A stretch of 64,000 nt of DNA from Kondoa subrosea (taxonomy: Eukaryota): contig BCIN01000006.1 in the NCBI GenBank assembly GCA_039545335.1, positions 248,001 through 312,000 of the forward strand, given 5' to 3'. Below, piece after piece: positions 22,912-35,613 of the stretch. The translations under genes and the position numbers were made by a program. The notes beneath the pieces are model-generated. The model was not told the DNA's origin, did not search any database, and saw only the letters and a list, made by a program, of their open reading frames with translations. Numbering within the stretch: position 1 is the first letter of the stretch; the number at the start of each line of letters is the position of its first letter.

Positions 22912-24781
22912 ATGAGCTACACTTCAATGTCCCCATCTGCTTCAGATCCTTTCCTCGACACGAAGCCTTTGGCGAAAGCTCTGCCACCTACTTTGGCTCA
23001 TCTGATGAATGAAGCAGCTCCAGCAGGCAAAGAAGCTCAAGTTCAGCCCAAGCTCACCCGAACTCAGAACTTGTTCACGGCCAAACGTCTTTCGGTTATC
23101 CCTGCTTCTTCTGCTCCAATCTCGATGCAGAACTATCGAATGAGCGCGCCTTCGACTCCGCCACCTGGCTCTTGGACACCTAGTTCACCTACTCTGAGCG
23201 CGAATGGTTTGCCAACCCCTGGAGGAAGTACCATTTACCAAAGTAACGATATCACTATTCGTCGACCTCAGATTCCTTCTTCTCCCTTGTGCCGACCAAA
23301 TCGACCATCGAACCTTTCTTTGCAGAAGACCCCTCTGAGCAATAGCACGTTGTCTACCAGCACTAATTCCGTGGAAGAGAACACTGGCTTTCCCTTTCCT
23401 ATTCTCACGCCTCCTCTCACTCCATCGCACGAGTCTTCATCTCCCACAGACGCTCGATCACCGTGTGAAGTTCGAACTCCTGGCGATGTCGAAGATGGTC
23501 CTTCAGCTATCTTGATTCGATCCGATTCTCCAGATCAATATGATGAAGACGAACCAGAGCAACAAGAAGCTAAGGATGATCATCACGATACAGAGTCGAC
23601 TGTGTCTGCTCGCTATCTCTCTCAGTACGCCTTACATCCTCACTTCAATTCTCAGTATGTCATGAGTGATGAACTTGGTTCTGGTGGATTTGGATTTGTG
23701 GTGAAAGCTACAAGGGTGAAGGATGGGCAAATGGTGGCGGTCAAGTTCATCTTTAAAGACCGAGTTCCCTCGCATGGCTGGATCCGCAAGAGGTTTCCTG
23801 ATGGTCGTGGTGGTCTCATCACGGAAGTGATTCCAACTGAAGTCTACACTCTGCAACGTATCCGTCATCCTGGCGTCGTTGCTTTCATTGATTTGTTCGA
23901 AGATGCCACTTTCTTCTATCTGGCAAGTCCTCTACATTCTTCATCTTTTGGTGTGCGCTAATCTTGAGATAGGTCATGGAACATCATGGATCGACCTGGT
24001 CTTCTAGTAATCCAAAAGAGCAAGTTCAAAAGACTTCCCCAATGTCTCTACCAGCGTTGCAGAAGGCAGCAATCCGAGATTTGCCTCCATCTCCAGTATC
24101 GCCTACTACTTTTGGTCAACAACATGCCACAAGAACTTTATCGGCTCCTACCCCGCCTCCTTTCTTGCGAAGATCATCTTGCGATTTGTTCGAATGCATC
24201 GAACAACATTCCAAGCTTTCTGAAGATCAAGCTCGATACGTGTTTGCGCAGATCGTCACTGTGGTTTATTATCTTCACGTCAATGGTATCTGCCATCGTG
24301 ATATCAAGGACGAGAATATTGTTATTGATGATAAGCTAAAGGTGAATTGCCATGCATTTGTCGTTGCCAGTGTCTTTGGCTAAAGTGTGCTCAGGTCAAA
24401 TTGATCGATTTTGGGTCTGCTGTTTTGTTCAATCCTCGCCAGCAATTGCCAACTTATGATAAATTTTACGGCACCATCATCTTTGCGAGTCCTGAAATTC
24501 TTTCTGGTTGCGCTTACCTGGCACCACCGGCTGAAGTTTGGTCGCTTGGTATTCTCTTCTCTGTTCTTCTTTGTGGCGAAAGCATCTTCCGCGACAGCTA
24601 TCACGTCCTTGAAGGCAAGATCCATCAAGGCATGTTTGATCGACTTTCCCGACCCTGTCAAGAGATCTTGGGACTCTGCTTGCATCCCGATCCACTACGA
24701 AGAGCTACTGTCGCCGATTTGCGCAAACACCCTTGGCTAAGAAATACCATTGCCGATCTTGAACGTGGCATCACTCGATGA
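22912..24781 (+). CDS. Ser/Thr protein kinase, CAMK group, PASK/PIM-like
   Basis: LGSGGFGFV, VAVKFIFK, CDLFECIE, HRDIKDENIV, DFGSA, FYGT..FASPEIL; Ser/Pro-rich N-terminus; GC-AG intron 23923-23972. Confidence 0.92.
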
Positions 24782-25255
24782 ATACACCTCACTCACTCAT
24801 CTGATCGTTTTTCTCTATACATATCGTATTGCAACTTGTCGCTACTTTCATCATCGCATCTGTTTCATCTGCTATCAATGTCATGGATAACTTCAAAAAC
24901 ACTCATGCTCGACGCATTTTCATCATACCCGAAGCTCTGTCTACCTAAAATCAAACCTGGCTCATTCCATCTGTCAAGAGAGGAAAAGACGCCAGCGGGA
25001 ATCTTCTTTTCATATGTTTTGTCACGCTCACGAGGGAAATCACTTACTTTTACATTATTCTGTTATTCAAATTTGTCGTCCTATTGTTCGCTACTATTAT
25101 GCATGCATAGTCTTATCTAGCATTGATTTAAACCCATTAGTAATTTTGAAATTATCCTATTTGTTGATGCATGGGAAACAATTCATTCGACCGGAATGAT
25201 TACATTTGACTTCTCTCCCTGACACTCATCAATTACATACATGTTGAAACTTGAC

Positions 25256-26709
25256 TCAATCATCGAAGACTTCCTCCGGTGGTTGCTGAGCTTCAAGATA
25301 ATCGGTAGCCTGAGCAACGCTTTCGCCTAATAGATCCAGTCCGCTTGATGCCTGTCGCAACAGCAGAGTTCAGTAATGGTCACATTACTGAGTTCTGCTG
25401 TTCTCTGACCTGATTGATCTTGCCCAGTTTCGCTAATAAATCTTTGGAATAATTTCTAAGCCACTCATCCTCTTCCGCCTATCAACCATCATTCTCGCGT
25501 AATGAGCTAAACACCTCTCCGTATCGTCAATAACAGGAAACGCACATTGTATAAATCCGGATCAACCTCTTCTTCTCCTTGACCTTCTTCATCTTCTTCA
25601 GTTCGATCTTGTTGTTTCTGAGCAGCAGTGACTAATAAATCTCTCAACCAGGGTTCTTCACCATTCTCTAGTACTGCAGTGGAATCATCGAGAGGTTTTG
25701 CAGTGCCCATCTCAGGGTAAAGAAGTTTGACCTGTTGAAATACAAGTCAAGTCAGAAACACAGCCGATGTAATGGAGAAAGAAGAAGGCTGACTAGTGGA
25801 TGTAGCTGTACAGAGGGAAATGAGGAAAGTTTCAGAGGTTTATCATGGACTCCTAGAGCTAAGAGATTGACTTTAGCTGCTTGTTCTTCTCTTTCAATAG
25901 CTTCCACCTCTGCCGCAGCATGTTTATCAGATAACGATAAAAATCCGCAAGTGAAGAAGAAAGACTTACCATGCCGATTCTTCCTGAAGTTCTTGAAAAT
26001 AGCAGTTTCTTGGGCAGCTAGTCTGTAAAATTTGGCTTCAATGCAATGCTAAATGCACAGTATCGAGCCAGAACTCACGCTTTCTCTTCTTCCACTTGAG
26101 CTTTCAAAGCTTTCAGCTCACGCTGCTCTTCTTTGCCTTTGCCTTTTGACACTTGGTCGGGTTTCATCAAAGTAGCTGATTCCGGTATAGGTGTGTTTTT
26201 CAGTTTCGTTAACAGACTGTATGTAAATACAGGTCAACGGAAGTAGGAATAAAACGATGTAGGAGCATACGATTTGACTAGAGTTGAGAGAGCGGCTTTG
26301 GCAGCTTCGCGTTCATCTTCGTCTTCTATCGCGTTCAGATGGTCCCTACGCGAAGAAGTATGAGTGCTATATGTACGTATCAAAGATAGAGAGACAGAGA
26401 GTGCACATACGAAGCTAGATCTTTGAGCAAGTCTTTGACTGCTTTCCTCAATGCATCGTTTCCAGCAGTCGGTGCATCATTGACTTTGAGTTTCTTCTTA
26501 GCTGGCCCAGCAGCTTTAGTCTTGCCAACACCTTTCTTAGTAGACACCACAGCAGACTCATCCTCTTCTTCTGCTTCTACTGTTGATTTTCGTTTCTTGC
26601 TTGTTGTCGCTGCACCTTTCGACTTTGTTTCCGTTCCTTTGGCCTACTTTCTCTGACTCGGCACTCTTCTATCGGGTACCAAGCTTGTGAGGCTTACCTT
26701 GGGTGGCAT
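25256..26709 (-). CDS. Hypothetical protein (Lys-rich N-terminus, helical/acidic C-terminus)
   Basis: MPPK| start at 26709; about 8-9 exons join into one open frame (..ALRKAVKDLLKDLAS..EEPWLRDLL..EEDEWLRNYSKDLLAKL..EEVFDD*). Confidence 0.7.
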
Positions 26710-26930
26710 TGCTCGCTATCGCTTATCGTCTGCGATCAACACAAGATAAATAGAATTCAAGTGATTCCTCACTGCATCCTTGTCGTTTAAGTCTCTGCTT
26801 CCGTCTGCTCTCTCTCTCTATACATCTCTGCTCTTCTTCCAAATTTTCGCTTCATCTAGGTGAGCCATACTCTTTCAAAGTTCCGCATTTGCTCCGACGA
26901 CTTACAGTAACACTTGCGCGGTGACCCAGA

Positions 26931-28439
26931 ATGGCAGCTACTTATACACCACTCGACCTTTCAAAATCGCGCTACGACTTGACTACTTTTACTGGTCGAC
27001 TTCAACATTTTGCAGAAATTACTTCTCCTTTAACTTTACTCAAATCCAATACTCAATTATTGGAAGCTCAGAAACTATTGGAAGGTTATTCTAGAGGAGA
27101 GAGAAAAGATTTGTATAATCCTGCTGGAGAACAAGTAGTATATAGAGCCAAGCAGTGTGAGTTCAGTATGTCCTCAGGAGAAAGGTTGATTCCTGAGCAT
27201 GGCGGACATAACATCAGTGGTGGATTCTAGTCTGCATCCGGATACCAAGAAACCTGTACCGCTACCGTTCAGGATGGCAGCTTTTACTCCTACCAATTTG
27301 AGTAAGTTTAGTCATCTGCGAGTGACCACCGGTATTCTGATGGACACGAATAGTCATTGTTGGTGGTATGCTTATGCCTAATCCATCAGTAAGGTCTCTT
27401 GACATATTACAAGAGGAAGACTGATCCTCCTCCGGCGGTAGATACGGCAAACGATCTTCTGGGTTAGCTAAAATTGTTTCCGACTCCATGCGAAAGAAGT
27501 CGCTGATAATACTTTAAGCAAGCAGCTAATCAAACTCTGAATGGTGAGTTGAGCCATCTCTCTTTTTGTAGCATTAATTGAGGGCAGGAATAGTTTGCGT
27601 AAATTACTCCAACGCAACGTAAGTCGACCTCAGTTGTTGCCATTTTCTTTGGCTTACAATCTTGGATCCAACTTACAGAGCAGACGCGACTATGACACCA
27701 CCTGAAATCGGTTTAGCCTACGTCAGCGCAACAACCACTTCAGTAGGTCTAGCAGTCGGACTCAATTCCATCGTACCTCGACTTCGATCCCTCTCACCAG
27801 GAGCAAGAGGTTTATTAACCAAATTCGTGCCTTTTGTAGCTGTTGCTAGTGCGGGTATCGTCAACATTGGATTAATGAGATGGAAAGAGATTAAAGAAGG
27901 GGTTGATATCTTCCCTCCTCCTCCTCCTTCCAATACTACAAGGGAAGAAATGCCCAAGGGCATAGAAGAAGAAGAAGAAAACAAGAGTTTGGGGAAAAGT
28001 TCGAAAGCTGGTTTGACTGCTGTTGGGCAGACTGCAGCATCAAGGATCTTAACCAATATGTGCGATGCTTTCTACTCCTTGCAAGTATGCCTTGCTTATG
28101 AGTAAAGTTGGTGCACAGACCTACTCTTATCTTACCGCCTGTTATCATGACTATGCTAGCTAAACGAAATCTCTTCAGCGGACCAAATGGGAAAAGAATT
28201 GAAACCGCTACTCACCTAGGGTTGATTGGAACAGCTCTTCTAGTCTTCTTGCCTGTGAGATCTCCTTACTCTAGAGATCAGGATCTGTAATACTGATTGA
28301 GATGTTTTAGCCTGCGATTGCTACTTTCCCTCAACGTGGAACAATCAGAACAGCAAATCTCGAACCACAGTTTAGAGAACTCAAAGATCCTAGAACTGGC
28401 AAGAAATTAGAAAAAGTAGAATTCAACAAGGGTTTGTGA
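26931..28439 (+). CDS. FSF1: Sideroflexin (mitochondrial tricarboxylate/serine carrier family)
   Basis: SRYDLTTFTGRLQHFAEITSP, SSLHPDT..PVPLPFRMAAF, PFVAVASAG..NIGLMRWKE, AIATFPQ and terminal FNKGL*. Confidence 0.93.
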
Positions 28440-28660
28440 GCAGAAATTCCAGAAGGCACTGCCAGGAGACTTGGAAATTAGTATCATGCACAGCGAGAAC
28501 ATCAGTAAATCCCCTTAGAAGTAGTATATCTCGTGCAAGGGGCTTAGACAGTATAGAGCAGCGCTAGAAACCGTCTTAATAGAGAGATAGCGGAGGTGTA
28601 AGGTCATTAAAGGATATGAAGGAAGCGAAAGCGAAAGCAATCTATTATATTGCACTTCGA

Positions 28661-30697
28661 TCATCTCGTCGCCGCGTAATCGTCTATCCTCAGCAATAAT
28701 CCCACAGTCTCTGTTGCCAATTCGATTGCGGATGTTGAGACTGTCAGAAGCGTAGTTGGTTTCTAGCAGCTGAAACAGCAGCAGACAACTGGACTGACCT
28801 AACAACGGCTGCAGAACACTCTCTTCGAGAATATTGCTGATCAGACCTTTCCTCACATTAATACCTGCACTCCTTTCTCCCTTTGCATGCCTGTTTCTGA
28901 GTTCAGTAACGATAGCTATCGGGTTGAGTCCAGCGTTTTCTGCCAGAGTAGTAGGGATGACTTCTAGCGCTTCTGCATAAGCTTGGAAACAGTATGCTTC
29001 CATTCCTTTGAGCGTTTGGGCGTGGGCTGCTAAAAGTCTTGAGACGTGAATTTCAGGTGCACCCCCTCCAGCGATCAAAGCTCTGTGAGTTTGATCCGAA
29101 GCGGGCATCAGCGAAATGCTGAAGCTATCCTGTCCCTCTCACCGTTTCTTGACCAAACACCTAACAACGCAAAGCGCATCGTGCAAACTCCTTTCACTCT
29201 CTTCCAGGACCATAGCGTTTGCACCAGTGCACAACACGCTAACAGTTTTCCCACTCGGTGATTTGATTCCACCAATCCTAACTACTTTTGCTCCCGATTT
29301 CTCAACTTCATCAACTAAATCCGCTTGACCCAATTTCTCTTCAGTGAAAGCTTCAATATCAGCAATAGGTTTGCATCCTGTTGATTTGCAAATGAATTCA
29401 ATTTCATCCCGTTCAATATCTTTGACGACCATAATTTTCAGTTTGGCTAAGAAATGAAGAGATAAATCGTTGACTGCATCACGAAGAATAGATTTTTGTA
29501 TCAAGAGGACATTGCAACCGGTCTTCTTGATGGTTTTGCATAGGTTAAGGAGGTATTGACGTTCTTCTTTGAGGATCTTGTCCATTTGGCGATAATCCGT
29601 CACTACAACTGAATTATCCATCTGTGGGACCCCTACTTTCTAAGCAAACATTATGCACAGGAAGCAATGGGAAAACGCACATCTGGTTTTGGTGCACTCA
29701 GCTGAAACTGAATGACTGCAATCTTGGCCTTTTCCACTCTACTTGGACCACCAGCGCTTGTAAGAGCATTTTGTTGCAAAGCCAATCCTTCAATCAATTC
29801 AGTATCGTCAATCGTTCCACCAACTTTCTTGACGATTCGAATATCCCTCAAATCCACATTATCCGTCGTTTTCTCATCCACAATCAATCTTTTAACTGAA
29901 TCAACTGCTATTGGTGCTAAAACTGATGAATATTGTGAAACGATTTTTGAGTTTAAAGAAGTTGAAGCTGCTCTTAGTAAAGAATCTCGGTCGGATAGGT
30001 TGACAGGAGTGGAAATGCCTTCGAGATATTCGACTGCTTTTTGTGAGGCTCGAGAAAAAGATTCAGAAATGATTGTTGGATGAATGCCTTTCCGTAACAA
30101 GTTAGATTGACCGTCTTGTGTGATATGAAGGACAGAAAGGCTTACCTTTGGCTAAAAGCTTTTCTGCTGCGCTGAGTAAAGAACCTGCAATGACTACCAC
30201 TGAAGTCGTTCCATCACCAGCGGCTACATCTTGTGCTTGCGAGAGATCCACGAGCTGTCAATCCAACACAGCTCATATAGTCAAATTAAGTGACTAAACT
30301 GCATTGCGTAGAAACTGACCATTCGAGCACTTGGATGCATAGCTCCAATGTTTTTGAGAATAGTAGCACCATCGTTAGTGACCAGCACTTCTCCAGTTGC
30401 AGTAGTCAACATCTTATCCTGCGCAGAACACGCGTAATAGCAAATTTCAGACAATCACTTTATATGCTGCTGGCAGCAAGCACACACCATTCCCTTTGGA
30501 CCTAGCGAGGACCGTACTACATCTGCTACAGCTGTTCGATACAAGTCTGGCTCAGCTACATACATAGCAAAGCAATCCGAGCACGAACCTTTGGCAGCAG
30601 TCAAATTGGATAATCGCACTTCACCACCTTTCTCTGAGCTCTTAAACTGAGTCTTTGCAGGTGCACCAGGTCGACTGGCTACTGCTGTTGAAGTCAT
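28661..30697 (-). CDS. CCT4: Chaperonin CCT/TRiC subunit delta
   Basis: [70 protein letters not shown]. Confidence 0.95.
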
Positions 30698-30916
30698 GGT
30701 ATATTATTCCTTGCTTCTAGTCGTGGTATAATGTCGAACCATGCAAACTCAGTTTTGACTTGTCCAACTTCAACTCGAGCCATTACGAAACATCACATTA
30801 AACATGGAGTACGTGTATAATAAGGTAGAAAATGCATGCATATCGACAAGAAAACAAATTACTTATACTCTTCAGATCCGCTATACACATCTCTTTTCCT
30901 GCCAGTGCATGGTCTT

Positions 30917-32039
30917 TCAGCAAACAACGCAACATCCACTTCCTTTATCATCTCCTCCTCCAAAAGCACCAGAACTTCTTCTTCTCTTCTCTCCATTTAT
31001 AAAAGGATCTCCTCCCCCATTCTTGTTATTGGTAGGACCAACTTTCCCACTTGGTAAAGTTCGAACGAGCATAGCTGCTCTAGTTGCAGCTTCAAAGATT
31101 TCATCCACTCCTGAATTCAATAGAGCAGAGCATTCGAAATAAGCTCTAGCATTGATAGAAGAACACATTTGTTGCGCCTGATTCCATCACAATCAGGTTT
31201 CTTTGTAGGAAAAAATGCTGAAGAACATACTTGAGCTGTACTGACAAATTTCGTAGCTTTGTCTTCTCCTTCATAAGCATCCCTTAAATCCCTCTTGCAA
31301 CCAACAAGTAAAACAGGTACTGCCGTTCCGTTGATATTCCTTACTTCTTCTGCCCATTTCGTTTCCACGTTATCTAGTGAATCTGGTGTATCGATAGAAA
31401 AGGCAATCACTACTACATGTGATTGAGCGTAAGATAGAGGTCGAAGTCGCTGTATGTTTCGTCTACCCATTAGACACAGAAATTATCTAACGAAGAGCTC
31501 AACTTGCCTCGTATTCTTCTTGTCCTCTGTAGAGTCATCAACTCAAGCTATGTGTTAAGCCGAGAGAGAGACAAACGCTGTATCCCATAATGCCAATTGT
31601 ACAGCTTTCCCATCCAAACTGATTTCAGCAACGTAGCTGTTCAAGCGCCAACAACAATTCAACCAACACACTCTGTCTTGAAAGAAGGTGTGCTCACTTC
31701 TCAAATATAGTAGGGACATATTTCCTTTATACAAATTTCGCATTAGTCAGCTTGATTATATTTCGAAACTCAAACTCAATCGAGCCAAAGAGATTGAGAG
31801 TGAACTGACTTTGGGAATTCTCCATTGGCAAAGACGCAGAGTAAAGAAGTCTTGCCGCATGCTCCATCACCTGAAAACACAATTCCAACCGAATGAGATT
31901 TTGACAGGCTATGTTTGAACTTGAGAGTCGGGCTTACCCACTATGACGAGCTTTCTTCTGAGCTGTACAGGATAAGATGATTAGAACAGGAGATAGAATG
32001 ATGGAGATAGCAGGAACTGACAGGTGCAATGGATGACAT
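30917..32039 (-). CDS. RHO2: Rho-family GTPase, Rho2-like
   Basis: LRRKLVIVG|DGACGKTSLL, DGKAVQLALWDTA|GQEEYE|RLRPLSYAQSHV..FSIDTPDSLDNV, and C-terminal CCVVC prenylation/palmitoylation box. Confidence 0.88.
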
Positions 32040-32775
32040 TGCTTACGCAAGGTTACTTTGAGGAAACAAGATAGAGATTTATTGGCAAGCAAGCTGTATA
32101 AACCAGAGAGAGAAGAGAGAAGCCGTGTATTGGTGGTATGATTCTACAGCCTTGCGTGTAGCTTGATTAGATCAGTGACTTGCATCGCCGACTAGAAGAA
32201 CAAGAATTCTTGTGACAAGCAAGACAGCGGCCGAATTAGGTACAGGAAGGAACTCGCCGAGTCTCTCTTTCTACCAAGGGGTTAAAACTGCGCATGCTAC
32301 AATAGCATTTCGCGCGCGCAAACGAGTCTAAACTATACAATGTGCGTTCCCTGATCGAAATCGGTTTCCATACCGTTTTCGCTCGCATGTCAATCAAAAG
32401 CCATGATGAGAAGAGGCAGACTTGCTTGTGCTGACCAGCAGCATTTTAATAGAGTAAGTTGAGCGGTAGAGAGGAGCATAGATGTATTTGGTGAAGTTGA
32501 GGATGGATTTTGGTAATGATCGACGAGATGAAATTGTCATGTAGAGGTTACTGTACTGACTTTGGGTATTCTAATGAGAATCAAAAGTGGGAAGAATCGG
32601 GTGAATTGAAAGTATTGTAGTAAATGGTAGAAGTCGGCGAAAGGGAAGAAAAGGGCATTGTAGGATGGAAAGCTGCATAGGTCGAAGAAGTACTAGAGAT
32701 CAGCGATCAAGTCAGTAGGAAGATCTCGCATAACAGAGTTCGACTTTTGACGCACCTTTGGGCCATAAGCAAGCA

Positions 32776-33835
32776 TCAAGCGTGCCTCGCACAAGAACCC
32801 GAGCAGCATGGACCACATCGAAAATTCTCGCAAGCCAAAGCACGCGCACTACCGCAGCCAACGCAACCTCGAGAATCCAAAGTGGTGCCACGTGCAAGTG
32901 CTTTCCTGGTCAATTCTTCCAATGAGATCGGTACAGGCCAAACTTCCAAAGTTTGCTCAATGATAGATTGCGAAGCTATTCTTTGCTGATCAGCTCTTGC
33001 AATAGCCTGCACTCTCGCCTGCTCGGCCTGTTCCGCTGCTCGACGTTGATGCTCGAGAAAAATTTCAGCAGCCTTTTCATCCGCTTTCTCTTTTGCAGTA
33101 ACAGCACGAGAAGTAGCAGCCAAGAAATCAGTCATATCCTTCGCTTTTCCTCTAATCAAAACCTCCCGCCAAGTCAAACCATCTTTACTTCTTTGTCCAC
33201 CAGGAATCGAATCAAGTTTATCGAAAGCCATATCCAAATGAGCATGCCTTTTCTTAGCCTCGAACGCATTTCTAACTGTTTCTTCCATCTCTTGCATCAC
33301 GATATGAAAACGAACGAATTCCACGACGGCATTTGGATCAATAGGTAAAGGTTGAACGATAAAAGAATGATGTTTGGTAGCCAGCAGAGTGTCACTTTCA
33401 GATTTGGCGTCATCAAGAGCAACTTGTAGATCTGATTGATTACCAGTGAATTCGCTAGCCATTGCAGCTTCTTTCAGATTGACTTGATTAGCCCATGCTT
33501 GTGCTTTAGCTAATGCAGCTTGGCAATTTGTAGGGACCCGATCCAACGTTGATGTTGTAGCACTGCTCAAAGAATAAGCACAGCCGCAGACAACGCTTTC
33601 GACGCTAACTTGAATGAGTAAATACTCCTGTCTATCCATTCGACTGCAACAAAGCATCAGTCCATCACGCAAACACGTAGCAAGCAGTTACTCACGAATT
33701 CAGCTCCGAAAGCTGGGACTTGATGCCTACAAGCTCGACCCGGATATTTGCAAGACCATCTTTCAGTAGGTCGCTTAGACTTGGTTCTTCCACGGGCACT
33801 GGACGGCGTCCTTCCTCACTGGATCGAACAGACAT
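32776..33835 (-). CDS. Orphan helical protein with C-terminal Cys-rich zinc finger (CX2CX7CX4CX2CCX3CX2H)
   Basis: 298-aa ORF 32776-33672 plus upstream exon MSVRSSEEGRR...ELNS with a gtgagt donor; ends CVGCGSARALACENFRCGPCCSGSCARHA*. The 5' end is uncertain. Confidence 0.7.
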
Positions 33836-34882
33836 AGTTTCCTCAATACGGTAGACTGAGACAGCTCCAGGCAGAAATGAATGCAAGTATCTGCAATAAG
33901 GCCTGGGTCTCGAAGTACTCTGGGCAGGTGTTGACGGTTTGCGGACAAGACTGCACAATACTTTGTCTCAGGCAGCGAGGTGTGGATCTTGATGTGTACT
34001 CTCGATACGATTCAGCAACATCAGGTCTGCTAATCAGGTCTACCTCTTCGCGATCTTTGCCTCGAAACTTGCTCAGCGACTCAGTCAAATGAAGTCTAAC
34101 TTGCTTAGAGCGCAATCTCGCATGGCAGACTTGCAAGTACAACAGCCATCCTTGACGGATACGTACCTTGGGTCTTCTGCCTTCCTGCTGTACCAAGCTT
34201 TCTGCGATTCCATGCCTTGCGGATTCCATGCCTTTTTCGGTCCAAGATGTTACAACTTGACTCGCTGCTTCTCCGATTGCTGCTTTGGTATTAGCGACCT
34301 CCCTGCAGTCGCAGATATTCCTGGTGGATCACTCACTGCATTCGCTCCTTCTAGCATCTTGAAAATACTAGGCTTGGTTCCGCGAACTTGCGATATGAAC
34401 ACCGATTTTGTCGCGTAATTTACACCTATACTACGTGTGTCACGTCTGCAATACGAATGTGCGAAAGTCTGATGGAGAGCTAATAGATATACACATCACG
34501 CGCACGCACTCGGTCCAAATCATCAATCAGGCGGGAACGAAGACTTTCCTGATCCAGTAAGTCCAGAACCTTAGCTTTGTTTTCTGATCAACAAAGGCGT
34601 AGGTGAAAACTCGCTACACATCTCCTTCCTCTTCTTCTTCTCGCAACCATGCTGTACTCTCTTTCTTTAAACAACGTGAGCGTTCTCCAGCCGCTGAAGA
34701 AGACTATCAGACGCGTAGCTCGCTCTTTGGACTACTCTATATCTGCGACTCGGAACGGTTGGAGACTTAAGCATTGGTCTCTGAACGTATTGATCGTTAG
34801 AACATCTCGACAAACAGATCAGAAGTCTGCAAGCTGTACCAACCAGTAAGGAGTGCGAAAACAGCAGACTTTGGTCCGATTA

Positions 34883-35104
34883 GCTGTAATGGCGAAAGGA
34901 CAAGACTTGCTGGGGTAGTCAGAGGCTAGGCGGCTTTCAGACTTCTGTCTGATTTCGTGCTGAAACCGGACCCATCGACTCGCGAGGCTGGCGTGCAGTT
35001 TGAGTTAACAGTGCTAGATTTGGTCACCGTTGTTGGCTGGTTTGATCACAGGGGAAGAAACATTGAGCGGTTATTGGTCATGACAGTCTTTTTCGGTCGC
35101 TTTT
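34883..35104 (+). ncRNA. Candidate signal recognition particle (SRP/7SL-like) RNA with atypical S domain
   Basis: Starts GCTGTAATGGC (fungal SRP Alu motif); long-range pairing AAGACT 34902-07/AGTCTT 35085-90, GGTAGTC 34914-20/GGTTATT 35069-75, AAACCGG 34963-69/CTGGTTT 35037-43; ends CGGTCGC followed by T tracts. Confidence 0.6.
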
Positions 35105-35120
35105 CTACTCTTTTTTTCTT
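35101..35120 (+). terminator. T-tract, possible RNA polymerase III terminator of the SRP-like RNA
   Basis: TTTTCTACTCTTTTTTTCTT immediately after the 3' strand of the predicted helix; it could also serve as an intron pyrimidine tract. Confidence 0.4.
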
Positions 35121-35613
35121 TATTCTCTCAACCAAAGAAGCTAACGCTTGTTGTATGCAGGTCAATTGCCGCAAACTGCCAGCGTATTCGTTGTGTTGAA
35201 GTGCTTTGCCGTATTTGTGGTTAGAGCGACATGACCATGTGACAATGAATTGTAACTTTGACTTGTGATTCGGCAGTTCCTAGTCTACATCGTTCATCCT
35301 CTCGTTTTAGCATATCCTCGTTGTCTACTCTTATAATCTTAGCTAGGGTTTCCCTTACTGCGAAGATCGATCCGGGTCATACAAACCGTCTAAACGTCTG
35401 CTGCGAATGCGACGAGACAGTTACTATTCTCCGCATTAGAATTGATGACTAGTGCTCGTCATAATCGACTTACTTGTCGTGCGGCTCGGCAGCAGAACAT
35501 CGTCTTTCGTCTTTAGCCAGATGTTTCAAAATTTGATTTACGAGACTATGTACAAGGACGTATGAGCTTGTAATCAGGTCAGAGGCTGCCAGAGATCAAC
35601 TCACCTCTCCGAA

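Noticed and set aside
33840..34400. Minus-strand ORF 33843-34229 with splice-like signals and a short direct repeat (GGCATGGAATC x2)
   Set aside because: No consistent open spliced frame could be built; it may be the 5' UTR of the zinc-finger gene.
34883..35104. U3 or snR30/U17 identity for the structured RNA
   Set aside because: U3 box A/A' and snR30 m1/m2 motifs are absent; the 5' motif and end-to-end pairing fit SRP better.
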